64,000 nucleotides of DNA, from positions 480,001 through 544,000 of the forward strand of contig CAWFQB010000001.1 of assembly GCA_963817895.1 (NCBI GenBank). Reading direction: 5' to 3'. The position numbers and the translations under genes were made by a program. The stretch's first letter is position 1; every line of letters begins with the position of its first letter. Positions 9,478 through 19,512 of this stretch are shown here, in pieces. The notes beneath the pieces are model-generated. The model did not search any database. It worked only from the letters and a program-made list of their open reading frames with translations, and was not told where the DNA came from. Source of the DNA: an uncultured Chthonomonadaceae bacterium (lineage in GTDB: Bacteria > Armatimonadota > Chthonomonadetes > Chthonomonadales > Chthonomonadaceae).

Positions 9478-10848
9478 GTGGCGGAAGACGCGCGGCGGCA
9501 TTTGAAAACATTGGGATTGGAACCGGGCGCGAGCGCGGCGGAAATCAAGCAGGCGTACCGGGAACTGGCGCATATCTGGCATCCCGACCGCTTTGCCAAC
9601 GCGCCCCAACTGCGCGATGTGGCGCAGGCGAAAATGGCCGAAATCAACACGGCCTACCAGTTCTTGAAACGCGCCGCGCCCAAATCCGGCGCGGCGGCTT
9701 CCGGCGCGGCCCCCGCTTCGTCCCCGCCTCCACATACGCGGAATACGCGGCCTGCGGATTATACAGCCCCCTCCCCATCGGCGGATACTGCCCGTACCGG
9801 TAATAGCGCGCGCGCCTCTCGGCGCGAAGCCCAACACCCCGGCGCGTCCGCGTCCCACAATACGCAGGTTTCCAATGTCCCCCTGCTTCCCATTACGCAT
9901 GTGATGCATGACCCAACGCAACCCGTAACCGATGTGGCGATTTCCCCGGATGGACACTGGATACTGGCGGCAAGCGGGTCGAGCGTATTCTGGTGGGATA
10001 TGGAAACCGGGGAAAAGCAACGCGAACTTCGCATGGAAAAAGGGGATTGTTCCCGCCTTGCCGTTTCACCCCATGGCCGCAGCGTGATTGTCGCCAACAA
10101 TCTGACCGGCTGGCCTGGCAGACGCCGGAGTGAACTGCGCCTGTGCGACCTGCCAACCGGAACCGAGCAGAAGCGATGGAAGCAGAACGGACACGTAACC
10201 TCACTGGCCTTTGCCTGTGACGGCAAACAGATTGCGGCGGGCGATACAAATGGTGGGGTACGCTTTTGGGAAGTGGACAGCCAACGGGAAATTCAGCATT
10301 TGCTTCCTCCCGAAGACTCGGCGGACGCCGAAGTTCGGCGCGTGGCGTATGTGAGGGGCGATTATGCCGCCAAACAGGTCGTGGTCTTGCGGACAGGGCA
10401 AACCCTGACGGAAATTGGACTGTGGGAAGTGCGGCGAACTCGTCTGCTGAAAGCCTATACCCTGCATATTCGCGAGTGCCTCACCTACGGGCAAATCGGG
10501 GACGTTCTGCCTTCGCCGGATGGCAGCCTGTTGCTGATTTCCAACAACGATCCGGGGCGGCGCAACTACTCGCTGCACCTGTGGGATGTGAAAACCGGCA
10601 ATGAAGTCCGGGCGTTTCGCGGCCATACGGATGATATTTACGGGCTGGCATGGAGCGCGGACGGGCAGCGCGTCGCGTCGTGCGGCGAAGACAAAACGGT
10701 TCGGCTGTGGAGTGTCGCATCGGGAACGGAACTGGCGCGCGGATTGGGACATACCAGAACCGCCCGAACCGTCGCGTTCAGTTCGGACGGCAAAACGCTG
10801 GCATCGGGCGGCAATGACCGGGCCGTTTGTTTGTGGCGCCTTCCATAA
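9478..10848 (+). CDS. J-domain plus WD40-repeat protein
   Basis: LGLEPGASAAEIKQAYRELAHIWHPDRF (HPD motif), Pro/Ala linker, GH..WD repeats; GTG start chosen after GAGGA. Confidence 0.85.
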   Translation: MAEDARRHLKTLGLEPGASAAEIKQAYRELAHIWHPDRFANAPQLRDVAQAKMAEINTAYQFLKRAAPKSGAAASGAAPASSPPPHTRNTRPADYTAPSPSADTARTGNSARASRREAQHPGASASHNTQVSNVPLLPITHVMHDPTQPVTDVAISPDGHWILAASGSSVFWWDMETGEKQRELRMEKGDCSRLAVSPHGRSVIVANNLTGWPGRRRSELRLCDLPTGTEQKRWKQNGHVTSLAFACDGKQIAAGDTNGGVRFWEVDSQREIQHLLPPEDSADAEVRRVAYVRGDYAAKQVVVLRTGQTLTEIGLWEVRRTRLLKAYTLHIRECLTYGQIGDVLPSPDGSLLLISNNDPGRRNYSLHLWDVKTGNEVRAFRGHTDDIYGLAWSADGQRVASCGEDKTVRLWSVASGTELARGLGHTRTARTVAFSSDGKTLASGGNDRAVCLWRLP

Positions 10849-11297
10849 GCGCTATGGGGTTATATTTACTTCACTGTAAGAAAAAACTCGTAATTGTGTC
10901 AGGTTAACTGGCGTCAATTTGTTATGGTTTGCCACGCATCACGGGAACCCTGTAGTAGCCTTTGACAGTCTAACTATTCAAATTATTAGCGACGCGAGGC
11001 GAAATACATTGCTTCCCAGCATCGCGCAACCCACTTTGCCTCACCGTTACTGTGGCCGCGCCATTCCCCATACCAGTCTGTTCTGCCGCCCTGCTTAACC
11101 CGCGTCTGCCGCCAGCCCCCGTATAGATTCCGGTTTATGCCGCTTCCACGCCGATTCCAGAATGAATCATAGTGACAATGCCAGCCAGTATGGAAACATG
11201 TAATTGCCGGTGAACGTACCGTCCGGCAATAATGCTTTAATCAGTTTCTATTCAGAAAAAGTCAGCAACAAACCAAGACAGACAAGGATATAAGATT

Positions 11298-11555
11298 ATG
11301 AGTGACCTCAAACCCGAAAACGAACCCGTTAAATTAACCAAGCGCGAAGTGGAAGTATTGACTCTGGTAATCGAAGGCAAGTCCAGTAAAGAGGTGGCGG
11401 AATTACTGTATGTGAGCAAGCGCACAGTGGATTTCCATCTGGCGAACATTTATGAGAAACTACAGGTTTCCAATCGCGTTCAGGCATTCCGCCGCGCGAC
11501 AAGCCTGGGCCTACTGCCAACCGAGAAACCGGCAGAAGCAGGAGGCGAAGAGTAA
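11298..11555 (+). CDS. Stand-alone LuxR-type HTH regulator
   Basis: LTKREVEVLTLVIEGKSSKEVAELLYVSKRTVDFHLANIYEKL. Confidence 0.9.
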   Translation: MSDLKPENEPVKLTKREVEVLTLVIEGKSSKEVAELLYVSKRTVDFHLANIYEKLQVSNRVQAFRRATSLGLLPTEKPAEAGGEE

Positions 11556-11633
11556 GCGCGAACGCAAAGCAGCATATTTGCGCAATCGCGTATATGGGCG
11601 AAAATCAGCGGTTGAAACAGCATATCCCAAATG

Positions 11634-11673
11634 GCGGCAGGAAGCGGGCAGTATCCCGAACTCCTGCCGCTTT
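11634..11673 (+). terminator. Hairpin downstream of the LuxR gene
   Basis: GCGGCAGGA...TCCTGCCGC followed by TTTG. Confidence 0.45.
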
Positions 11674-11792
11674 GTTACAAATTGATGGTTGATAGTTGAT
11701 AGGGCAATGCGCTGAACATCAAGCCTGTTCTTATAACCCTAACAATTACTAAACTACCAGCAAGGCGGCATTTACTATCAACCCTCAACTCC

Positions 11793-13055
11793 CTACGGTA
11801 TTCCTTCCGCTTTTCGTTCTTGCCCACTTCGCTGCGTCAGGTTGGCAACCGAGATGGGCGGCAAGCCCTGCCATAAGCGATACAATTGCACGAGGGTTAC
11901 AGATGTAAGCGCGGTCAGGGGGGCGGCGAACAATACTCCCGTCAAGCCGCTGACCTCGAATCCCGCGAAAAGGATGAACAGCACGAGAACTTCGTGCAGC
12001 CCAAGCGCCGCGCCGACCAGACGGGGATACAGAAACTTCGAGCCTAGCTCGTTGATGAAAACAAATGCGACAATTACGGCAAGCACATGCCCGATGGGAT
12101 TGCCACCGGGCGTGATGGCGGCGGCGATGACGGCGGGGATTGCGCCCAAAAACGGACCGACAACCGGAATCAAAGCGGCCAGTACGACGAATAGGCCGAT
12201 GAGAAGCCATATTTTAATGCCGATGAAGAAGCACACTACACCGGCCAATGCGCCGATAATCAGGGCGAGAATCAACTGCCCGCGCACGAACCCGCCAAGT
12301 ATCCGGTTCACGTCGTCCTGCCACTGTTCGACATAAGCGCGAAAACGGGGCGGCAACACCCGGTTGGTTCCCTCACGCAGCTCCTCATTATAAATCAAAA
12401 AGTACAGCGCTATCAGCAGCACGATCAAGCCTTCCACCACGTCGCGCCCCGCCAGAATAAAGAAATGCGCCACGCTTTTGGCGACGGCTTCGCCCCATGT
12501 TTTCACATTGGGCGGCGGATTGTTCATCTGATCCTGCAAATGGACGTGAACGCCGCGCCCTGCCAGCCAGTCGTCCAGAGCGTCGAGTTTCTGCCGCGCC
12601 TGCGCTTCATGTTCGGCGTGACCGATTTCCAGCAGATAAACCTGATGCGCCAATTCCTTGCCGAAGAAAAACGCGCCCAGACCGAGCAGCAGGGCCAGTC
12701 CACCGAATACGATAAAAACGCTCATGGTTCGCCCGCGCTTGTTCGGTAACTGCTTGCGCAACATCTCTACAAGGGGATCGAGCGCATACGCCAGCAGTCC
12801 GCCCAGAGAAAAAATTAGCAACGTATGCCCGATGGACGACAGCAGGCGCACTATAACAGCAGCGGCCAGCAGCAGCAGCAGAAACGTCGTGACGACGACA
12901 AGCAGGCGTTGCCAGCGTTCGATGTGCAGCGTGTCGCTCAGATGGCTACCTTCAGGGCGCGCGGGGTCGGTCGCCACTTCCACTGCTTGCGCGGACGCGG
13001 CTGTGTTGGGAGTGTGTTCGGATGTTACAGGTTGCATCAATGCCTCCGTCCGCAT
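11793..13055 (-). CDS. AI-2E (PerM) family transporter
   Basis: LLAYALDPLV, ILGGFVRGQL, LIPVVGPFLG, GLTGVLFAAPL; start may be at 13037. Confidence 0.9.
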   Translation of the reverse strand: MRTEALMQPVTSEHTPNTAASAQAVEVATDPARPEGSHLSDTLHIERWQRLLVVVTTFLLLLLAAAVIVRLLSSIGHTLLIFSLGGLLAYALDPLVEMLRKQLPNKRGRTMSVFIVFGGLALLLGLGAFFFGKELAHQVYLLEIGHAEHEAQARQKLDALDDWLAGRGVHVHLQDQMNNPPPNVKTWGEAVAKSVAHFFILAGRDVVEGLIVLLIALYFLIYNEELREGTNRVLPPRFRAYVEQWQDDVNRILGGFVRGQLILALIIGALAGVVCFFIGIKIWLLIGLFVVLAALIPVVGPFLGAIPAVIAAAITPGGNPIGHVLAVIVAFVFINELGSKFLYPRLVGAALGLHEVLVLFILFAGFEVSGLTGVLFAAPLTALTSVTLVQLYRLWQGLPPISVANLTQRSGQERKAEGIP

Positions 13056-13781
13056 CAGGGGCGGTGAATTCTAGTCTTATCGCTCTTCACGAAGAAAAAC
13101 GAAAAAATACTGCAAATTCGCGCAATTTAGGTAAACCGAACATAAGGATTCGTTCGTCTATGGTTTACATGCCGTTCGCGCAGGGACATAGGACGGACGA
13201 AAGAGGAGAAGCCCGGTTTCAGAACCCTTAACAAACTGCCGATAATCAGGCTAATGGGGGTAATTTTTCGGTTCTAAACGCCTTTGCAAGTGTACCCTGC
13301 GCGAAAGGGCTAAGAAAAAATATTTGCCGGGCAGGAAACGGCGCGACAGAGGAGGAACGTAAAGCAAGTAAAGCAGGAAAAAGGGATTCGGAAGCCGAAA
13401 TATAGTATCGGAAATACGCTTGCAGGAATCCAAAGCAGGAATCGTTGACAATCCCCTCGAAAAGTGTGATAATACAAACTCGTGGTGAAGCCCTTCTTGT
13501 TCCGCCTGCGCGTCTTCTCACGTTCGGAACAGGGAACCCTCCCCAATGCGTATGGAATCCAGAGAATAGCGGAACGGCCTCAAGTCGGCTGTAAGTCCGG
13601 CGCGAATCGAACCGATAGAGAAGCAAAACGTAAGGCAGAAAGAGACAATCGCACTGTCGGAAGCAGGCGGGAATGGCGGTTTTGCGGCAGCAAAGCGCGT
13701 CCCGGCTGTGCTGGCGAGACGGATTGCGCGTTCGCGCGCAGGCTTGCCGATACGGGCAGGCGCGAAAGGAGATTGGCGGCA

Positions 13782-14630
13782 ATGGCAAACCCCTTTGTTC
13801 GGGCGTGGCGGTATTTCAAGGCGCTGATTAACGGGAATCTTGATAAATGGGAAGACCCGGAAATCATCCTCAATGAAGCCGTTCGCGACATGAAAGAGAA
13901 CCAGATCAAGAACCGCGAACTGGCGGTGCAGGCGATCACGCAGAAAAACAACCTGCAGGCCGAAGTGGACAAGGAAGAGCGGCTTGTGGCGGAATACGAG
14001 CGTAAGGCAACCCTTGCCCTGCAATCCGGCAACCGCGAACTGGCGAAACAGTTTTTGAAAGAGAAGTCGCTGCACGACGGCACGCTCAACAGTATGCGAA
14101 CCAACCTGATTTCCGCGACCGAAGCGGCGGAAAAGGTGAAAATCGCCATCAAGCAGGAAGAAGAGCGCATCCGTGAGCGCACTTCGCAGGCATTGGCGAT
14201 GAAAGCCAACATGAAGCAGGCGCAGATTCAGATCAAGATCAACAAGGCGCTGGAAAGCTTTCAGTTCGGCAACGCCAATGACAACTGGAATGTCGCCACT
14301 GAGCGTATTCAGGGCTTGCAGTCCGAAGCTAACGCGCGTAACGAGATTATCAACACCAGCATGGACTCCAAAATCCGCGATATGGAAGTGAGCCAGATGG
14401 ATGTCGAGGCCGAGCGCCAGCTTGCGGAACTGGAATCCAAGATGTCGTTGGGCGCGTCGCCCGCCAACAATTACACCACCAACAACGTGCAGCAGATGCA
14501 GACATTGGGCGGCGGCGTGATGAACGGCAACGGCAGCAACGGCAGTACCGCTTCTAATGGGGCGGGGGCCGAAAGCGACATTGACCGCCAGTTGCGCGAA
14601 TTGGAATCCCGTTTGAGCGGCCAGAAGTAG
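13782..14630 (+). CDS. pspA: PspA/IM30 (Vipp1-like) family protein
   Basis: LDKWEDPEIILNEAVRDM, long coiled coil, A.LAL..GNRELA, terminal IDRQLRELE; ATG after AAAGGAG. Confidence 0.85.
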   Translation: MANPFVRAWRYFKALINGNLDKWEDPEIILNEAVRDMKENQIKNRELAVQAITQKNNLQAEVDKEERLVAEYERKATLALQSGNRELAKQFLKEKSLHDGTLNSMRTNLISATEAAEKVKIAIKQEEERIRERTSQALAMKANMKQAQIQIKINKALESFQFGNANDNWNVATERIQGLQSEANARNEIINTSMDSKIRDMEVSQMDVEAERQLAELESKMSLGASPANNYTTNNVQQMQTLGGGVMNGNGSNGSTASNGAGAESDIDRQLRELESRLSGQK

Positions 14631-14802
14631 TCGGCGCAGCGTTGGGCGCAAGTGTGTTCGATGGTTTGCTTTCCGCCAGCCAATCTCCGGGAAGCAAACC
14701 CTCGGCACGTCTGCCGCGTAACGATACATTTTTACGGCGAGCGGGGTCAGGAACAATTGTCCGGCCCCGACTCGCCTTTCCCGCTTGCTCAGGAACTATT
14801 TA

Positions 14803-15477
14803 ATGAGTATTCCAGACCGCTTTTATCGCATTGCCAAGCACAAACTCGGCGAAGTCAAGGACTGGTTTGACAAGGTGGATGAGGAAGAGGAAGAGGACGC
14901 GCGGGAAAAGCGGCGGGCCAATCCACGTGAAGATGCCCGACGCGAACTCACCGACACGCTGACGCCTTCGGGTAATTCTGCCGCGAATACGGGTAGCAAT
15001 TCGTCACGCGCCTCCTCCCCTTCGTCCGTTCCCATGAACCCGCCGCGCACTCCGCAGGACTACGCGCGGGGCGGGCGTCCCGCTTCCGGCACAGGTGGGG
15101 GCTATTCCACAAGTCCGGGCGGCAGCAACGGTTCGGGCAACAACTACGCGCCGACTTCGCAGCCCGATCCGCTGGATTACCACTATAAGTTGTTGGGGTT
15201 GGAGTCGGGCGCGGACTTTCCCGCAGTGCAGGCCGCGTACAACAAACTGGCTGCCCGCAGCGACCCTTCCCGTTTTCCCGCCGGTTCTTCTGACGCGCTG
15301 GCCGCGCAGCAGATTCGGCAGCGACTGGACACCTCCTTCAAAACCCTGCGTGAGTCTCTCGATACAACCGCCGCCCGTTTCGGTTTGCTTGAATTCGACG
15401 ATGAACCGAAGAAGAGAAACGAAATTAAGGAAGATGAAAAACGGAATACAGAAGAGAACAGGCGGAAAATAGAGTAG
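14803..15477 (+). CDS. Hypothetical protein with C-terminal degenerate J-domain-like region
   Basis: HYKLLGLESGADFPAVQAAYNKLAARSDPSRFP resembles a J-domain but lacks HPD. Confidence 0.65.
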   Translation: MSIPDRFYRIAKHKLGEVKDWFDKVDEEEEEDAREKRRANPREDARRELTDTLTPSGNSAANTGSNSSRASSPSSVPMNPPRTPQDYARGGRPASGTGGGYSTSPGGSNGSGNNYAPTSQPDPLDYHYKLLGLESGADFPAVQAAYNKLAARSDPSRFPAGSSDALAAQQIRQRLDTSFKTLRESLDTTAARFGLLEFDDEPKKRNEIKEDEKRNTEENRRKIE

Positions 15478-15486
15478 AGGATTTTT

Positions 15487-15774
15487 ATGCCGCGTCCCGT
15501 AAAAATGACAACAGAAGAGATTGATACGGCTTTGAAGGAATTGGACGGATGGACACTTGTGGATGGCAAATTGCATCGAGCGTTCAAATTCGCCGATTTC
15601 GTACAGGCATGGGGATTCATGTCCCGCGCCGCGTTAATCGCGCAAAGCATGGACCATCATCCCGACTGGTGTAACGTGTACAGTACTGTCCGCGTAGACC
15701 TGAACACGCACGATGCAGGTGGCGTTACCAGTCTTGATGTGGAACTTGCGAAGAAGATGAATGGATTGCTGTGA
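15487..15774 (+). CDS. phhB: Pterin-4-alpha-carbinolamine dehydratase
   Basis: FKFADFVQAWGFM..MDHHPDWCNVY..LNTHDAGGVTSLD. Confidence 0.93.
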   Translation: MPRPVKMTTEEIDTALKELDGWTLVDGKLHRAFKFADFVQAWGFMSRAALIAQSMDHHPDWCNVYSTVRVDLNTHDAGGVTSLDVELAKKMNGLL

Positions 15775-15778
15775 GGAT

Positions 15779-15891
15779 AGGTTGTTAGGTTGTTAGTTGT
15801 TAGTTGGTCAGGACAATGCAATAAATATTCGTTGGCTTTAGTGTGGCAAGAGTGTCAGCCGAACAACTAACAACCTAACAAATAACAACCT
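15779..15891. repeat. Inverted pair of (GTTGTTA[G])n / ([C]TAACAAC)n short tandem repeats
   Basis: ggttgttaggttgttagttgttagtt ... aacaactaacaacctaacaaataacaacct; same unit near 56572-56605. Confidence 0.7.
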
Positions 15892-15904
15892 GTGAGGCTT
15901 ACGT

Positions 15905-17092
15905 ATGGATTTGCCGGTTTATTTAGATCATGCGGCGACAACGCCGGTTTTACGCGAAGTGGTGGAGGCCATGCTGCCGTACTATACGGAGTATTACGGC
16001 AACCCGTCCGCGCTGCATCAGGTGGGGATGGGGGCGCGGGAGGGCGTGGAGCAGGCGCGGGAAACGCTGGCCGAGTTGCTCAATGCTTCGCCCGATGAGA
16101 TTGTGTTTACATCGGGGGGAACCGAATCGGATAACACGGCGATTTTCGGCGTAGCCCGCGCCAATCAGAAACAGGGGCGGCATCTGCTGACCGTTCGGAC
16201 GGAACACCACGCGGTTCTGGAACCCTTTGAAAAACTGGCGGAAGAGGGCTTCGAGGTCGAGTACCTGCCCACAGATCGGCAGGGGCGGGTTGCGCTGGCA
16301 GATGTGGCGATGCGGCTGCGTTCCGATACGGTTCTGGTATCCGTGATGCATGCCAACAACGAAATCGGCACGGTACAACCCATTGCCGAAATCGGCGCGT
16401 TGTGCCGCGCTCACGGGGTACGCTTTCATACGGACGCGGTTCAGTCGTTCGGGCGTTTGCCCATTGATGTTCGGGCGATGAAGATTGACCTGCTCAGTCT
16501 GACCGCGCACAAGTTTTACGGGCCGAAGGGTATTGGCGTATTGTACGTCCGGCGCGGAACGCCCCTGCTGAAATTTCAGGAGGGCGGCTCACAGGAAAAA
16601 AACCGCCGGGGTGGAACCTTGAATGTGCCGGGTATTGTAGGACTGGCAAAAGCGGCGCAGATTGCCCACGATACCATGCAGATCGAAACAAAGCGGCTGT
16701 CCGAACTGCGCGACGGTTTTATGGCGGACTTGCCGGAAGCGATTCCGGGCGTCCATATTATGGGCAGCCGGGAACACCGCCTGCCGCACAACATTCATTT
16801 TTGCGTGGAGGGGGTAGAGGGCGAACCGCTTTTACTCGCGCTGGACGCACGGGGCATTTGCGGGTCGGCAGGTTCGGCGTGTTCGGCGGGATCAACAGAA
16901 CCGTCGCATGTCCTCACGGCAATCGGCATCCCCCGCGAATTGGGACGGGGCGCATTGCGCCTGACGTTGGGACGCGCTACCACGCGAGAGAGTTTGAACT
17001 ACACGCTGAACGCGCTGCGCGATATTGTTCGTGACCTGCGCGCGCTGTCGGGGAACGCTGTTGGGCGGGACACTGTGGCTGCAATGATTTGA
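15905..17092 (+). CDS. iscS: Cysteine desulfurase (IscS/NifS group I)
   Basis: YLDHAATTP, FTSGGTESDN, HTDAVQ, TAHKFYGPKG, SAGSACS. Confidence 0.93.
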   Translation: MDLPVYLDHAATTPVLREVVEAMLPYYTEYYGNPSALHQVGMGAREGVEQARETLAELLNASPDEIVFTSGGTESDNTAIFGVARANQKQGRHLLTVRTEHHAVLEPFEKLAEEGFEVEYLPTDRQGRVALADVAMRLRSDTVLVSVMHANNEIGTVQPIAEIGALCRAHGVRFHTDAVQSFGRLPIDVRAMKIDLLSLTAHKFYGPKGIGVLYVRRGTPLLKFQEGGSQEKNRRGGTLNVPGIVGLAKAAQIAHDTMQIETKRLSELRDGFMADLPEAIPGVHIMGSREHRLPHNIHFCVEGVEGEPLLLALDARGICGSAGSACSAGSTEPSHVLTAIGIPRELGRGALRLTLGRATTRESLNYTLNALRDIVRDLRALSGNAVGRDTVAAMI

Positions 17093-17117
17093 CAAATCGG
17101 CGCGTATGCTGTATTGT
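17089..17117 (+). promoter_or_regulatory. Possible upstream sigma70 promoter
   Basis: TTGACA-17 nt-TATTGT overlapping the iscS stop codon. Confidence 0.45.
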
Positions 17118-17218
17118 AAGTGTGTGGAAGAATATTTTGCAATCTGAGGCAGTCAGTGTCATTCACTGGCAAAAGCATGAAAATAGTGGCTGAAATTAAA
17201 ATTAGCGAAAAAACATGC

Positions 17219-17247
17219 TTGACAAATCCGCAACACTGCCTTATAAT
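17219..17247 (+). promoter_or_regulatory. Perfect consensus sigma70 promoter
   Basis: TTGACA-aatccgcaacactgcct(17 nt)-TATAAT upstream of the sigma factor gene. Confidence 0.85.
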
Positions 17248-17369
17248 ACGGATGTAGCCGCAATTATCCATTTCTTTCGCAAAATCACTTTGTGAACATA
17301 AGTACAAACCCGCGCGAAAGCCAGCGCCACAAAGACCATCTCAACCATCTGCCCAGAGGAGTGGCCTTC

Positions 17370-18476
17370 ATGAGTAACAATTCTGCAATTCTTGACCGTC
17401 CCCAGCGCATCACTGCCGACCCACGTTTGGAACCCCGCCCTCTTTCCGAATTGCCCGAAGACGATGCCGATGATGGTTTCGATCAGGAACCCAATGACGA
17501 TCTGCTGCACCTCTACGACAGCAGCCTTTCTCAAAACGAACCCGTCTACGCTGTTGCCCCCGCCGCTCCTACGCCTTCCGATCTTGAAACCCGCGCTTCC
17601 GAACGCATGAACCGCGATACCGTCAGCAGCCTGCTTGCTACTGACAGCGACAGCCCCCGCAACGACGAAAGCCTCCAAATCTGGATGAGCCGGGCGCGCG
17701 GCGCGCAACTGTTGACCGCGCGGGAAGAGATTGATCTCGCCCGCCGCGTTCAAAAGGGCGACAAGTACGCCAAAGACAAACTGACGGAAGCCAACTTGCG
17801 CCTTGTCGTCAGCATCGCCAAAAAGTACAGCGTCCGGGGTATCCCGCTTCCCGACTTGATACAAGAGGGCAACATCGGCCTGATTCGCGCTGTGGAAAAG
17901 TTCGATCCGAGCAAGGGCTACCGTTTCAGCACGTATGCGACGTGGTGGATTCGCCGCGCCATTGCCCGCGCCATCATCAATCAGGGCCGCACCATTCGCA
18001 TCCCCGTGTACGTGGCCGAAATCATTCACAAACTGGTGAAAGCTTCCGGGCGTCTGCGCCAGCAGTTGCTGCGCGACCCCACCGTAGAAGAGATCGCCCG
18101 CGAATTGGAAGTGACTGTTGACCGCGTGAATGAGATCATGCGGATTGCCCTTGAGCCGTTGTCGCTGGAAACGCCGGTTGGCGAAAAAGACAACAGCCAG
18201 CTTTCCGACTTTATTCAATCCCACACCGCCGTCAGCCCTTCGGAAGCCACGCTGAACCTGATACGCCGCGAACAGATCGAAGAAGTTCTGAACAAACTGA
18301 CCGGGCGCGAAAAAGATGTGCTGCGCATGCGCTTCGGCCTTGATGACGGTTATGCCCGGACTCTGGAAGAGGTAGGCGTTCGCCTGCAAGTAACCCGTGA
18401 GCGCGTCCGCCAGATTGAATTGCGCGCCCTGAAGAAGTTGCGACACATTGGTCCAAGCGACCTCATTCGCCAGTAA
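17370..18476 (+). CDS. RNA polymerase sigma70 factor (RpoD/SigA-like, group 1 or 2)
   Basis: [51 protein letters not shown]. Confidence 0.93.
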   Translation: MSNNSAILDRPQRITADPRLEPRPLSELPEDDADDGFDQEPNDDLLHLYDSSLSQNEPVYAVAPAAPTPSDLETRASERMNRDTVSSLLATDSDSPRNDESLQIWMSRARGAQLLTAREEIDLARRVQKGDKYAKDKLTEANLRLVVSIAKKYSVRGIPLPDLIQEGNIGLIRAVEKFDPSKGYRFSTYATWWIRRAIARAIINQGRTIRIPVYVAEIIHKLVKASGRLRQQLLRDPTVEEIARELEVTVDRVNEIMRIALEPLSLETPVGEKDNSQLSDFIQSHTAVSPSEATLNLIRREQIEEVLNKLTGREKDVLRMRFGLDDGYARTLEEVGVRLQVTRERVRQIELRALKKLRHIGPSDLIRQ

Positions 18477-18505
18477 TTCTCTCGCATTTATCCTTTTATT
18501 ATAAT

Positions 18506-18535
18506 GCCGGACAGCTTTATAGCCGTCCGGCTTTT
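18506..18535 (+). terminator. Rho-independent terminator
   Basis: GCCGGAC..GTCCGGC stem followed by TTTT after the sigma gene. Confidence 0.7.
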
Positions 18536-18588
18536 GTCGCTTACATTATTCAGACCATGTATTTGCTTACGGCCTGTGGCGAACGAAA

Positions 18589-19320
18589 ATGTTGAATCCT
18601 ATTTCACAATCAAATTTGGAGCAGAGAGCCTGGCTTACACAGATACCGGTCGCGCATCGGGGGCTTTATTGCAATCCTGATGTTCCTGAGAATTCGCTGT
18701 CGGCATTTGAGGCCGCAATACAGCATCGCTTACCAATCGAATGTGACGTACACCTGCTGGCGGATGGTAATGTCGTCGTAATTCATGATAATAATCTGTT
18801 ACGTTTGACAGGCCGAGATATGCCGGTTGCTCAGTTGGATGCCCACGCTGCGCATCGCGTTCGTTTATTTCAGACAAAGCAGAAACTGCCTCTTTTGGAG
18901 GATGTGCTGGCATTGGTAAGCGGCAAAGTTCCCCTGCTGATTGAACTGAAGAATCATTCGCTACATGTTGGGGAGTTGGAGAGGGCTGTACTGGCTGTTT
19001 TGCAGCAATACAAGGGGTTGTATGCTTTACAATCCTTCAACGCTTTTTCGCTTCTGTGGCTAAAAAAAAATGCTCCTTATGTCTGCCGGGGACAACTCTC
19101 CACAGGCTATCTGGGCTTACCTCTGCACAGGCTGACCACTCCTGATTTTATAGCCTACAATATAAAGTTCCTGCCTCGTCGCGTCACTTCGCGCCTGCGC
19201 GCGAAAGGCGTCCCCCTGATAGCTTGGACGATAGAGAACCGAGAGCAGCAGATCAAGGCGCAGCAGGCAGCCGACAACTACATCTTTGCACAAAGCGCCG
19301 ACATTATGCCGTTTGTGTAA
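18589..19320 (+). CDS. Glycerophosphodiester phosphodiesterase
   Basis: VAHRG..PENSLSAF..IECDV..HD, LIELK, QSFN, AWTI. Confidence 0.9.
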   Translation: MLNPISQSNLEQRAWLTQIPVAHRGLYCNPDVPENSLSAFEAAIQHRLPIECDVHLLADGNVVVIHDNNLLRLTGRDMPVAQLDAHAAHRVRLFQTKQKLPLLEDVLALVSGKVPLLIELKNHSLHVGELERAVLAVLQQYKGLYALQSFNAFSLLWLKKNAPYVCRGQLSTGYLGLPLHRLTTPDFIAYNIKFLPRRVTSRLRAKGVPLIAWTIENREQQIKAQQAADNYIFAQSADIMPFV

Positions 19321-19392
19321 ATGATGCTTTTTACCCGCGTTCCGCTACGCGTTCAGGCACACAGGACAGGTTGAGAGAACCCCATTTGCTTA

Positions 19393-19512
19393 GAGCCTAT
19401 CCCAGTAGGCGATTGCATTTGCGTCCGAAGGAGGACATAACATGTTATGTCCCTACGCCGTAGGCCACTCAGACGGGTACGTTCTCTGTACCCGGCCTAT
19501 TGGGATAGGCTC
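19393..19512. mobile_element. 120-bp MITE with terminal inverted repeats and TTA target duplication
   Basis: TTA|GAGCCTATCCCAGTAGGC ... GCCTATTGGGATAGGCTC|TTA; internal REP-like GGACATAACATGTTATGTCCCTAC. Confidence 0.75.

Noticed and set aside
13482..13781. 100-aa N-terminal extension of PspA in the ORF track
   Set aside because: Not PspA-like; a good RBS precedes ATG 13782
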